Source: the human T2T-CHM13v2.0 reference genome, Homo sapiens | NCBI RefSeq assembly: GCF_009914755.1 | Contig: NC_060934.1 | DNA length: 64,000 nucleotides | Strand: one strand, 5' to 3' | Shown: positions 12,959 through 28,496 of the stretch, piece after piece | How positions within the stretch are numbered: position 1 is the first letter of the stretch | Layout: every line of letters starts with the position of its first letter | Translations under genes and position numbers: made by a program | The notes under the pieces: model-generated | What the model was told of the DNA's origin: nothing | What the model saw: the letters and a program-made list of their open reading frames with translations, nothing else | The model's database searches: none

Positions 12959-13834
12959 CTACAATGAAAAGGAACCAGAGAAAGCCTCGTTGTTGTTGTT
13001 GTTTTAATTTTCAAAATCACAATAAGCGCAATCTCCATTAAACATTGTCTAGTAAGTTTGACTAACAGACTAAATTTTTAAAATCTCTTTGAGTATCTTT
13101 TCAAGTTGCCATTACCGGCACAAAAAAAGAAATCTAACCCCAAATGAGAGAATGCTAATTATAATCGCCACTAGCTGTGGAGCTGCTGCCGTAGGCTGGG
13201 CACCAAAATGAATGTTTAATCCCCGGCAAGGAAGGTGTTGTACTCCATAGGTAGTAGACTCAAGGCAATAGTGGCTGGAAAGAGTTTGGGGTCATGCCCT
13301 CCTACTTCTTCCCTTTGGGTGTAAGACAAGTCACAGAAATTCTCTAAGCCTCACTGTCCTCATGTTTAAGTCAGAGATAATCACGTTTACATCACAGAGA
13401 TGCTCTGGGAATTAAATTTAAAAAACAGAGCAAAGTGCCTCACACTTCAGTGCATTTAGCATGCTCAAAAATGCTAATTTTATTAGTGCAGGGAAGAGGC
13501 TTAAGCAATGTAATCTGGCCAAGGCCCCATAGCTACCAGATAACAGACATAGGACTGTCTGACTCTACAGGCTATGTTCGTGATTACTCTGAGTAATGCA
13601 TAACAGTGATGATTCTTATTTAGAGCTGGGGAAAGGACAAAGAGAGGAGGCCCAGTCCACAACACCAGCTACAAAGCTTGGATTGTTCTGAATGGACTGA
13701 TGGAAAACAAACACTAGTCAACTCCTGCAAACATTTCCCACAGCACCTGAGCCTGGCCAGAATCCTGATAGGCCAGGCTGGCTTTCTTGATGAGTTTTCA
13801 GGGCCCCCTTTAATGAAAAGACTAAAAACTTTAC

Positions 13835-13906
13835 CTGGTTGTAATGAAAATAATTCTTGGCACTGCTTCCCCAGTCAAAGGCTTGAAACTTTTGGAATTT
13901 AACAGC
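13835..13906 (-). CDS. LIPA: LIPA exon 9 (c.895-966)
   Basis: tag|GCTGTT...CAG|gtaaag; [24 protein letters not shown]. Confidence 0.97.
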
Positions 13907-14293
13907 CTAAAAAGAAGATAATTTGGAAAAGAGTTATCTGACACCAAAGTTAGAGATAACATCATAGGTTGCTGGAGCTAGCCACAACCTCGGAAATCAA
14001 CTTTATACCAATATCCAGATTTACTCTTCATTTCCAAGGCATTATTTTAAATGAGATGGCATGGTTTTGTCCTGCTTTACTGAATGACTCAATTTCTCAT
14101 TGTATGATTGTTAAGCAGCTACCACCTGACACAAGAAAGCAGCTATGCACATATGCTGTCAATTATACTAGATCAACAGTTGCTCCTGCTAGCGGAACTT
14201 TATGCTGACATTTTCTGCTGAAATTTGCATCCTAAGCTTTTTCAAAGAGTTAGTCATTTTACTTGGGAAATAAAGGTAGACAGATAGGTAGCT

Positions 14294-14345
14294 ACATATA
14301 TATATACATATATATATATATAATAGAGAGAGAGAGAGAGAGATG
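14294..14345. repeat. (TA)n-(GA)n microsatellite
   Basis: Directly visible. Confidence 0.9.
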
Positions 14346-14375
14346 GATATATATAGATAAAATAATTATAATATA

Positions 14376-14699
14376 CAATTGGCCCTCCATATCCAGTTTT
14401 GTATCTGTGGATTCAGCCAAGTGATATTTTGCAGATGGAAAATATTTGGAAAAAAACAATAAAAGATAATAAAACAATAAAAAATACAAATTTTAAAACA
14501 GTGTAACACCTACTTACATAGCGTTTACATTGTATTAAGCATCATAAGTAATCTAGAGATGATTTAAAGCATATGAAAGGATATGCATAGGCTATATGCA
14601 AATACTACATCATTTTATATAAGGGACTTGAGTATCTGTGAATTTTGGTTTGGGGATGATGTCTGCAGCCAGTCCCCAAAGATACTTGAGGGATGACTG
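14376..14699 (-). mobile_element. MER2-type (TcMar-Tigger) non-autonomous DNA transposon
   Basis: Termini CAATTGGCCCTCC...GAGGGATGACTG flanked by TA; interior matches MER2 as recalled. Confidence 0.8.
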
Positions 14700-15051
14700 T
14701 ATATTTTCTATTTACCCATTCTACTTGTCTAGTTATATTAGTCAAATTTTAATGATGGTATTGATTAAACACTTTTTCTTGAGTACTGGTATCAGTATAA
14801 TCACCAAGTAGTACTGCATGCCAGCACAATTCTAACTAGTTAGGGATACTAGAGCCATGAAATTGAAATTGTATTGAAATTTACATTTATTCATATTTAA
14901 AATAGTATAATATAAAATATTAGCAAAATGTCACTTATTTTTAAAATTCAAAATAGTGCAAATCCATATTTCCTCTACACTCTCAAATTAAATGTATGTC
15001 AAAAATTAAACACAAAATTGGCAAGCCAAATGAATTTGAAATGGTAAGTTT

Positions 15052-15070
15052 TGGCCACAAGGTGGCGCCT
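15052..15070 (+). promoter_or_regulatory. CTCF motif (forward)
   Basis: TGGCCACAAGGTGGCGCCT versus consensus TGGCCACCAGRKGGCGCY. Confidence 0.7.
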
Positions 15071-15754
15071 GGTAAAAAGAAATGCTCAGACATTCTTTGT
15101 CAAAACTGCTTTTGATTTATGTGAAGTCTGTTCTAATCAACTGCATACAATTCTACTGTTTGATGTAATAAAAGACAGAGTGAGATGATATACTATAGGG
15201 GATTGTTACAGGAGAAATATTTGGCATCTGTTTTTGCCGTTGCAAATGACTGATATTAAATACCTGTGGCATATTTAACAAGCAAAACAAAATTTGGATT
15301 CACAGCACCTGTTGGTACATCTGTTCCCCATCTTTGTCAGTGAAAATATATTGATGCAAACTATTCTGCCACTGAACACAGACAGCAGTTCATCACTTTG
15401 TCACATGTCCTTCAGCATTCATATGAAGCACCAGCGTGAGCACAGAATACAAAGGTGAAACTTGCCTATAGCTCAGACTGAAGTTCTAAATTTGACTTTG
15501 TGCTAAGTCACTTAGGACTTCAAGCTATCCACTTGAAAGGATATTTCAAAAGAAAAGTATTAAGATGATTTCCAGTAACAAAAACCTGGAAATAAGCTAA
15601 AGCCCAATTTTAATAAGTAACAATCCCTTGTAGTATATCATCTCGCTCTGTGTTTTATTACATCAAACAGTAGAATTGTATGCAGTTGATAAGAACAGAC
15701 TTCACATAAACCAAAAGCAGTTTTGAAGAGAATGTCTGGGCATTTCTTTTTACC

Positions 15755-15773
15755 GGGCGCCACCTTGTGGCCA
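15755..15773 (-). promoter_or_regulatory. CTCF motif (reverse)
   Basis: Reverse complement reads TGGCCACAAGGTGGCGCCC. Confidence 0.7.
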
Positions 15774-16334
15774 AAACTTACCATTTCAAATAATAGATAT
15801 TTGGGTAAATATGTTACATAAATATACACAAGGGGTATGCCACTGTCATAAATATAAATAAAATACAAACAGAAAATGGCTTACAGATAATCTCATAAAT
15901 AATACTAAGTGGAAAAAAATGAAACCAAATATACACTAAGGTTATACTTCTGTGATAATCATATCACAGAGTATATGTAGATAATGATCAGGAGGAAATG
16001 CCTATAGTATTAGGATAAACCGTTTTAAAATGACATTTAAAAATTATATTTAGGTCTTGAATGGTAATAAAAATGTAAACGGGTTCAACTTTTCTAAAGT
16101 ACAATATGTATTAGAAGTCTTAAAGCTATGCCTACCCTCTCCCTTACTAAGTCTACTGCTATAAATGTATCATCCTAAGAAAACACTCTAACATATAAGG
16201 ACAGATGATTTATGACTGCAAAACAACTATCACTGCAAAAAACAAAATGATAATAAAATTCAAGCAACAGAAACTGCCCTTTATGACAAATATTTTAAAA
16301 CTTTAGTTACTGACCCGGAAAGGCATTTTTAATT

Positions 16335-16795
16335 ATGGCAGAGACTGCCACCCATTCCCATTCTTGCCTTCTTCCTTTCAGTAACAGAATCCCTAAAGCT
16401 TTCCCTAAGCACATGGCTGCCAAGATAGAAACCACATCCTCATCCTCCTGCGAGCAGCCAGGCTATGGCCATACCGCTCACTTCTAAGCTATCTCCTTCG
16501 CACAAAGTCACTTGCCCTGAGCTCCCTCTCCCCTGCCTTCCTGTGAGTTGGAAGAGACATGGAGGTGACCGGGCTGCAACCAGGCAGAAGAGGACAACAC
16601 CCCGAGGATGGCAGAGCTATAGTATGGAGGGAACTGGGTCCCTGCATGGCCTCATGGAACACAGCCAAAACCCCCTCTATCATCAGTCTGGGCCACCTCT
16701 CTCTGAACTTTATTATGAGAAAGAAATAAACTCTTTATTTAGCAGCTGTATTTTGGGGTCTCTAATACAACAGCTTAACTTGTATCTAACAAATA
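16335..16795 (+). mobile_element. Old MaLR LTR (MLT1-like)
   Basis: 3' end ...AGAAATAAAC...TGTATTTTGGGGTC...CTAACAAATA resembles MLT1 LTRs. Confidence 0.5.
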
Positions 16796-18779
16796 TAATG
16801 GCATTTCTTTAAATGAAAATTTACATAAAAGCAGATGTAGTATGATCTGACTTTTGTAATGGAAATGATTATATTACAAAACTGTAAGATTATACCAAAA
16901 TATTAATAGTGGCTATTGCTGGGTGCTAGACATACAAGTCATTTTTCTTTCACTCATGTATTTTCTAAAATTTCATAAAACATATTACATGTTTAACAAA
17001 AATTATACTGAATATCCTTTTTACAGTGTTCTTTAAAAGCCTACCAAAAGTATGTTTTTTCCTTTAAAGAAAAAAAAAAGAGCACATCGTAATCATCTAA
17101 GGCACTTAACTCAAACATAGATCCCAGGGTCACAGCCCTAGGAATTCAGAGTCTCCACAGGTCTCAGACAGGCCCAAGAACCAGTATTTTTAATAGCACC
17201 TTAGGTAGGTCAGAACAACACTGGAAAACTACACTGGGATGGCCTTCTTCAAACAGGTGAGAGTACCTGGGCTCTGGGCAGGGCCAGTGAGAAAGTGAGA
17301 AGTAATATCAAGTCTTGGCTCTGGGGAGCTCCGAAATTCATCAGGTTTATAAGGAGAATGGAAAGATGAGTATGCTATATTTAAAATCCCGCTAAAGAAC
17401 AAGGTATGGAATTTATTAACAAGTTAATCCTAATTATTTAAACAAAAAGTAAACTTCTGAATGGACTGTAAACAAAATGGCCTTTAAGGTCAACCCCAAA
17501 CTCATACCATAAGAGCCCTCTAATGCCACACCTGAATTCTAGCCCCAGCCTGCCCGGCATCCAGGCCTGCCCAGCTTCCACAGAAGCCTTTTCCTGCACT
17601 GCCTCTTGGAGCCTGCAGCCTGCACCAGTGGCAGCCCCTGGCCAACAGCCCAGAGGAGGGAAAGCCAAAGGGAAGATCCGATACAATGGCTGCACAAAGC
17701 AACCAACCATTTTACTGACAAAAGATGGTACAGCGGGTAGAAGAGCAAAGGCCCAGGCTGCCTTGTACAGCAAATCTGGGCTTTGCAAATATTCTGGAGG
17801 TATATTCCAGGGTAGTTAGAATCTAAAGTCACCAGGTCACAAATGGGGCACAGAGCAGTGCTCTGGCCCTCACCCTGCAGCCTTTGACCCTGGCAAGCTG
17901 CTGGATAAGAGGGCTGGAACAAGACCAGTAGCCTAGATGATAGCCGATCCAATGTCTCTACTGCAAACCCCATGCCCAGTGGAGGCCCAAGACACAGAAG
18001 GGTGAAGCAACACAGGTCTGTAATATAAAATAGAGTTGGCCTAGGACAGCCTTGGTTTCAACATTCCCAAGGGCCTCTGACATCCCAGGTCTGGTGGCCA
18101 TTTGTACTTTGCTGAGGCCTGGCGTGTACTGTGTGTGGGCTGCTGGCAGTCACTAAGCTGGTGGGAAAGCTCAGGATCTGCCTCCAGCCAGCTCAGTCAC
18201 CCTCCATCATCTCTGGGGGTGCAATAACTGATGAGGTGACAGACATTGGGCCTTTTAGGAAAATGTCCATTAGGTAAGAGGTCCTAGGCATCCTCAAAAA
18301 TGTAGGGGAATTCTAGTGACAGGGTATATGAAGAAAACAAGTGACTATAAGCATAAATGTGACCAAGGAGAAAAGCAGAGACCTGAACCAAGAACGAAAA
18401 TCCTCAATCTTTGTGAATTTGAGGATTTTTGAAGGTTTGGGGGCATTCCTTAAGTGGTAAGCATGTGCTGTTCAGCACGTCATGAACTATTTGCATTCCA
18501 GATGCCCCTCTTTTAGGCCACAACAAACTCTGCCCCTGAGGAACTGACATTTAACTCTCAGCCTTCTAGTTACTATAAAGGACCAGGAGCCTCAGGCCAG
18601 GCTCTTCCTAGTTCCTTAGAGACGAGCCCCAGGGAAAGGAGAACTATAGCACTGTTAGAGTTCCTGGGGCAACTGAAGAAGGAGATGAAAGTATCAGGAT
18701 GTCCCGAACAGGTCTGCTCCCAAACCTGGTGGAGCAAAAGAATCTACCAGGCAGATTTTTTAAAAATGCAGATCCTCAG

Positions 18780-19125
18780 AAATAAAAAGGAATGAACTAC
18801 TGACATACACAACATAGGAAAATTTCAAAACAAGTATTCTGAGTGGAAGAAGCCAGACAAAAACAAGTATAAACTGCATGACTGTTCTCATGCAAGCTCT
18901 AGAAAATGCAAACTAAGCTACAATGACAGGAAGCAGATCAGTGGGATTGAGGGGAGGGATGGGGGGAGGTATCACAAAGGGGCAGCAGGGACCTTTTAGG
19001 ATGATGATATATTTGCTGTGTCGATTATGGTGATGGTTTCACAGGTGTATACAAACACTGAAATATATCAAATTGTATACTTTAAATATTCTATGTCACT
19101 TATACCTCAATAAAAAATTTTTTTT
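18780..19125 (+). mobile_element. Old L1M 3' end fragment
   Basis: aaaaggaatgaactactg...gatggtttcacaggtgtatac...cctcaataaa. Confidence 0.7.
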
Positions 19126-19127
19126 TA

Positions 19128-19388
<261 letters not shown>

Positions 19389-20375
19389 TTAATGCAATGA
19401 TTTATTAAATAGTGTACTTTTTAAAGCAATTTGGTGATTCTGATGCAAGCAGTGACTGCCAGGTGTTTGGAAATTACTATTCAAGACACCTACAGTGTCT
19501 TGGTTTAGGGCTTAAATGGTGAGTTGTTTCATATTAAAAATGAAGTTAGCTGAAAAATAAATGGCACAAAATTATGTCCTGAGGTAGAAAGAAGTCCCTG
19601 ACATATTGTCAGGTGAAAAAAGAAAAGCAAGCTGTAAAACAGTAAGCAGGAGAAAAATCAATCTATTTCTACATCTACTATTTCTATCCATGTCTTTAAC
19701 AGCATCTTTTTGAAAAGAGGTATAGAATAGAATGCAGAGACATTCAATATCTATGGATATGCATTTCCTCTCTGTCTAGGGTTATAGAATGATTTTATTT
19801 TCATTTTAAGATAATTTTTTTCTAGATGTAGTTTCTAAATTTTCTAGAATGAACATGACTTATTTACATGATAAAATAATCAAAACTGTATTTCAAAAGT
19901 CAGGGGCCCCCATTCACATCTATCATTGGTTTAGCTCCAGTTTATTCACTGCTATTCCAAGCATATTGTGATCAGGGGTTAGTGTTGAAACAGCGGTTTC
20001 TATCTCCAAAACGGATTTAAAATCACTCTTTATGAAGCAACACAGAAATAAAAAAAAATCTAGGACTCAATGAGAAGCAGATGGAGGGGAGGAAACAGGA
20101 GGAGGAAAAGAAAGCTGGGGGAGAAGGAAAGGGAGAGAATATATTAACCTGAGACTTGAGGAAGGGAGAGGAGGGAAAAGAAAAATGTCAACCCCAGTAG
20201 CTGTTTGTGAACCCACGTATAACACAGTGTGCCCCACCACAGGTATCAAAAGCAACACAAGCACGATGACAAAAACCCAGGACTCTGGGGAAGAAAACCA
20301 GATCAGATTTGTAAGCAGGTTGTCTTTCTATTTGGAAAGGGTTTGCATGCCCAGACCTTTCTGATGTTGATTTTA

Positions 20376-20558
<183 letters not shown>

Positions 20559-21544
20559 TCAAAGCACTAAAAACTAGAGCCATAATCTCAAGTATGTGAG
20601 ATGAGAGGTAGAAAAAAATTATTTGACTAAAAATCTGCCCTATAAAAATACATACAACCACATACAAAGTCCATATGAAGGAGGTGCAACAACATGGTAA
20701 GCACGGGACTGTGTGGGTTTCGTTTACAGGGCATTTTCATTTTGTTCTTCATGCTTTCCTGAATTTCCCAAATTTCATATAACAATCACACCTTGCTTTA
20801 ATTATCAGACAAAAGAAAAATGGCACTGAAATTCCTTAGGGCCTTTATTCCAGGATTTTAACCCTTTTTTTCAAAATGCCACATGACAAACTAACAAACA
20901 TATTTAGAAACACGGGCATAGTATTGGCCAAGGGTTTATATTTTATAAAATAAAATGGGTTTACATTTTATAAAATGTACTTTTATAAATACACACACAC
21001 TGCAAGCATACACTTATGTGTATGTAAATGGCCGTTCCAAATTTAAATACTTATAGTAATTTTTGAAAATTTGTGTATTTTAGATTCGGGGGGTCCATGT
21101 GCAGGTTTGTTACAAGGGTGGATTGCATGATGCTGAGATGCGGGCTTCTATTGATCCCATAACCACAGTACTCAATATTGGCTATAGTACTCAACAGGAA
21201 GTTCTTCAGCCCTTGTCCCTCTCCCTCCTTCCTTTTGGAGTCCCCACTGTCTATTGTTCCCATCTTTATGTTTATACTTATAATGATTTCTAAAAGAAAC
21301 AAATCACTAGAGTAATTATAAATATTACAGCTTAATTTGTGACAGATCTCCTCATTCAATAATCTCCATCTAGGTACAACATAAGAAGGTGACCACAGTC
21401 AGCCTGAGGATGGCAGCAGGTGGTACCGTATTCTAGGCATTGGCCAAAGTTCATGCTTGTGCCTCTCAAATGAAAGACTCTTTAGAGTTCTGATGAGGTC
21501 ATTCCCACCTCTCCCATATCATTCAACACAAATAAGCACATTCA

Positions 21545-21733
<189 letters not shown>

Positions 21734-22216
21734 CTACAAAATAAAAAGAAACCCAAGAACATCTCAGCATTTCACTCTGGTGCATAAGTCTCCGTGACTC
21801 ACCTCAGAAGCAGAGACAAGTACCCAATGTCTCCACGAATGGCCTCAGGAGAGAATGGCAACCAGTGGACATCAAATCAGGATGCTTTTGCACAAGTTTA
21901 CCAAAGCAAAAATCACACACTACAGAGGTGTATTTAAATTCTCCAAATGAAGAGAAGGAGGCAGAAAATCAAATAAGTTTTCAGCGGACTTCTACAGTGG
22001 GAAAGGGCCTTAATGATCACCCCTCCCAGGGCCATCCCCAAGTAATTTTCATCTGACTCTGATGGATCGGTGGTTACTTCTAAGAAACAGTCAAGGCTGT
22101 GATTGATCAGTAATGTCTGCCAGAGGTGTGCCCATCTAATTCAATGCTACTGGCCAGCAGGCCAAATCCAGCCCATCACTTGCTTTTTTATTTTGTTTTT
22201 TAAAATTTTTTTTATT

Positions 22217-22300
22217 GGCCAGGCATGGTAGCTCATGCCTGTAATCCCAGCACTTTGAGAGGCCAAGGCAGAAGGACTGCCTAAGCCTAGGAGATTCCAT
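22217..22300 (+). mobile_element. Alu left-arm fragment
   Basis: ggccaggcatggtagctcatgcctgtaatcccagc. Confidence 0.8.
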
Positions 22301-22940
22301 CTTTCCTATTTAAGTCTTCTAAATGGCCCATGAGAGACGTTATACCTCATTTCATGTATATATTTCTATACAGGATTTCATATGTGTGTGTGTGAACATA
22401 TATTTCATAAAAGACATATAATGCATGCATAATAGAACATCTGGTCTTACCTAGCTTAAAACTCTTTTTCATGAAATCTATTTCCTCCCTGAACAGAGGT
22501 TCGGGTGCCACAGCTTTAGGGCAGAGCCCTGATGAAGCTACTGGCTGTGTTTAGGAGCCATATTATAAAATACAATAATGATAGCGTTGTTAGGTCACCC
22601 TCAGTGTAGCTAGGGATGGGCTTTTGGGAACATTTCCTATCTCCCATCTCCTACATCCTCTGTGCACAGGCTCACCTCATGGGATAAAGGGCAACTCCAC
22701 AAATGCTTAAATTATTTTCTCCCAGACTCTCCTTGCTCTCCCTGTGAGGTGGGCAGAGCTGTACTGACGCATGCTAACCATGAGTACACGTGGCACCAGT
22801 GTGCAGGAAACGACAGGCGTCCCCGGCCACCCCTGGGTCTGGAAGGAGGGGTAAACGGAAAAAGAAAAGCCCACTGCTCCACTGATATCAAAACGCAGGG
22901 GAGGAAGGCACAGATTATCCCTCCCCTTGCCATTTCTTCA

Positions 22941-23165
<225 letters not shown>

Positions 23166-23586
23166 TCATCTGGGATTTCCTTCTCAGAAAACACAAAGGC
23201 CGTCACTCGCGACGGCCTGAGACCCACGCAAACAATACCACCAGCAGGAGCCAAAACACTTGACATGGGGCACTCTGAACTTCCGTGTGCCCTAACACTG
23301 AATTTGGTTAAACTAGTAAATCAAGCATTTGTTAATGCTTGCTCCAAATCTCAACCTAGATAAGCACTGGAAGAAATCCAGTCTGGGAGAATCAGAAAAT
23401 CTTCCCAGTTCCTTTTACAATGTAAATAACAGACTATTTCCAAGAGCCTCACCCCATCACCTTTATCTCCCCCATGCCCCTCCCCCAAAGAACAATTTAC
23501 AGACACCACGTTGAAATAAACCACCAATGATTTCAAAGGAACTCACACATTTAGAATCCCCTAGCTTTAAAATATATTTTAACCCT

Positions 23587-23952
23587 TGATATGGTTTGGG
23601 TGTGTTCCCACCCAAATCTCATCTTTAATTGTAGTTCCCATAATTCCCATGTGTTGTGGGAGGGACCTGGTGGGAGATAATTGAATCACGGAGGCGGTTC
23701 CCCCCATACTGTTCTTGTGGTAGTGAGTAAGTCTCTTGAGATTTGATGGTTTTATAAGGGGAAACTCCCTCACTTGGCTCTCACTCTCTCTTGTCTGCCA
23801 CCATGTAAGATGTTCCTTGCTCTTCCGTCATTATTGTAAGGCCTCCCTAGCTCACAATCCATTAAACTGTGAGTCCATTAAACCTCTTTTTCTTTATAAA
23901 TTGCCCAGTCTCGGGTATGTCTTTAGTAGTGGCATGAAAACGAATTAATACA
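23587..23952 (+). mobile_element. THE1-family solo LTR (ERVL-MaLR)
   Basis: TGATATGGTTTGG...TAATACA; 5-bp TSD ACCCT at 23582-23586 and 23953-23957. Confidence 0.92.
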
Positions 23953-24758
23953 ACCCTCTCTGACGTCTTGCCACCTGGCCCCAGAATGTCACTTTAGGAA
24001 GCAGTGGGGCAAAGGTCCCAAGCAGGCAAGTCATGAAAGAAGAAATATAAATAAAGAAAAATGCCTAACTCCATTTTTTTCCTGGCAATATAACCACATG
24101 TTTTGAGACCCTTCAAAACATTCATACCTTTCATATAGTAAGGCTCCTTCTAGGAATATATTGTAAGGAAAGCATGTGATGGGAACACTAAGGTGTTAGT
24201 CATAGTAAACATTAAAAGGGAGAATTAAATAAATTATAGGACAGGTTCCTAGTCCCTAATTACAAAAACTCTTGCTGACTAGAATTATGGGCAATTTTTA
24301 TTTTCTTTAATTTTGCTAAATCTTCTGTTCTTCTGTTTTTCTACAGTGAACATGCATTACTTATATAATCAGCATAAATTAAAATGCATATAACTTTTCA
24401 AAATTTTTTGTAAACCAAATGTACCTGTAGTTAGTTATATTCCACTTAACTTCAGAAGGCAGTATATTTTCTTGTTTTCTTTATGTAAGTCTCTGAACTT
24501 AGAAACTACTTGTTTTCTACTCTCTCACATCCCTATCTTGCTTCATCTAGGAAAACATGTAATATATTGTGGCTTACATTAATTTCTTCAATTTCAACCA
24601 TATACATGAATTTTCATAGAAGACTAAATGTTACCAACATTCCTTATCTTATTCATTATTTCTGTTTGGCATTTAAAAATAAATGGAATTTGAACTAACA
24701 TCTTTTTATATTTCACTTTTAAGAAAAGTACAAACTCTGTAATGAAGAATTTATATCA

Positions 24759-25103
<345 letters not shown>

Positions 25104-26082
25104 TCACACCAGAAATTAGTTTCGCCTGTTTTTAAATATTTCTGTAAGTAGAATTATACAATGTGTATTCTCCTGTATCTGGCTTAATCCATTTTTTGCT
25201 GCATATAATTGTAAGTTGTTCATTCTTATTCTACTATATAAATATACAACACTTTATCCATTCACTGCTGACATGCATTTGGGTAGTTTCCTGTTTTCCG
25301 TTGTTACAAATAGCGTGACAATAAACCAATTCTTGTATATGCCTTTTGTTAAAAGCTCTCATTCTTGTGTTTCATGTCCTTAGAGGTGCCTCTGGTTTTA
25401 AAAATGGGAAGCAAGCCCGGAGGCTGCTATAGTGCTGCTGACTTTCTCTAATACCTGGTACCAAAACATAGACCAAAACCCAAGTGTGCGTATGGGTATA
25501 TGCATGCGCATGTTGCCACTGGCAGGAGAAGAGCCAACCCCTAGCCAGTTCATACAAGGTGCCAGGTTCTGTGGAGGTTCCTTCTCTGCATCCTCTCCTT
25601 TAAGCCCCCAGTGACCTTATGAGGTAGGTGTTTATTACGCTCCATTTTACAAATAAGGAAACCGAGACACAGGAGGCTTATGTAAGATGTCCAATGGCAT
25701 ACAGCAATTAACTGGTGGAGCCAGAAGGAAGAGGGAGGAAAGGATAATTTCTGGAAAGAAGAAAAGTGAACATCTGGATTACATATTTATGGAGAAAGGA
25801 GGAAAGTTATGGAATAACGTTTACCCAGCAGCACCCACACCACCAGAAATGCCGAAGTAACTTAAGAATTCCTAACTAAATGTAAATCTTAATGTAATCA
25901 TTTACTTATAATTTACCTTACTGCTAGTCATTAAATTCCTAGCAACATTTAAAACCTTTCAAAAGACACTAACTTCCCCTCTCATACAACTTCAGAGTTA
26001 CCACCTATCTACCTCTTCTGCTGGAAGCCTGTTGTCTGCTTTAAGAGTACTAAGGAAATACATCCATGCCATTATCAATTCA

Positions 26083-26457
<375 letters not shown>

Positions 26458-26689
26458 TTAAAACAGCACTGGCAAGGTAGCAGTGAAACTGGACCATTTT
26501 TTGCATGTCCACTAACAAGACACACTTATGTAAGCAGCAAAAACAAAAATCAATATATTTTTAAGAAATTATAAAATGTTTTTACAATTTTTTTCTTATA
26601 AAATGTTTTTACAATTTGCTTTCGTAATTGCATTTCTCACAATAATTCCTAACAAAATAAACCAAAGGAAAGAAAAAGATCACACATAA

Positions 26690-27855
<1,166 letters not shown>

Positions 27856-28194
27856 TAAAGCTGAATAAAAGTTAAATAGATAAAAAGGCTCACACACACA
27901 AATTCATAAATATATGTGTCTGTGTCTGCCTGTGAGAATTTATTTTCTACTCACCTGTACCCGAGACAGTGATATAGCAGAAAAAACAAAGATGTGGGAG
28001 CCAAAGAAACCTGACCTCAAGCTGCTTACCTAACGCTGAGACCATTCAGTTATTCATGAAACAAGCCTTTATTGAGTACCAACTATGTGCCAGGCCTTCT
28101 TCTCAGCACTGAGAACACAGCAGAGAACAAAAACAAGAGGAAAAAAAGTACCTCCATGGAGCTGACATTATACTGACCATGAGTTTTATCCACT

Positions 28195-28496
28195 TATTTG
28201 ATTGATTGATTGATTGAGATAGGATGTTGCTCTGTGACCCAGGATGGAGTGCAGTGGCGTGATCTCTGCTCACAGCAACCTCCACCTTCTGGGCTCAAGT
28301 GATCCTTCCATCTCAACCTCCTGAGTAGTTGGGATTTCAGGCGTGCACCAACACACCCAGCTAATTTTTGTGTTTTTTGTAGAGACAGTGTTTCACCATG
28401 TTCCCAGGCTGGTCTCAAACTCCTGGACTCAAGCGATCCACCCACCTCGGCTTCCCAAAGTGCGGGGTTTACAGGTGTGAGCCACCACGCCCAGCC
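28195..28496 (-). mobile_element. Alu (AluJ-like) with (TTGA)n tail
   Basis: Reverse-complement Alu dimer. Confidence 0.92.

Larger units (their letters stand above)
15034..15791. repeat. Inverted repeat: arms 15034-15209 and 15617-15791, 407-bp spacer
   Basis: Manual alignment of arm 1 against the reverse complement of arm 2 gives about 10 differences in 176 bp. Confidence 0.97.

Noticed and set aside
15034-15791. Inverted repeat as DNA-transposon TIRs or a pre-miRNA
   Set aside because: No TSD or recognisable termini; a 407-nt loop is incompatible with a pre-miRNA. Not fully excluded without Dfam.
26569-26617. 22-bp direct repeat with 27-bp period
   Set aside because: AT-rich slippage duplication with no apparent function.
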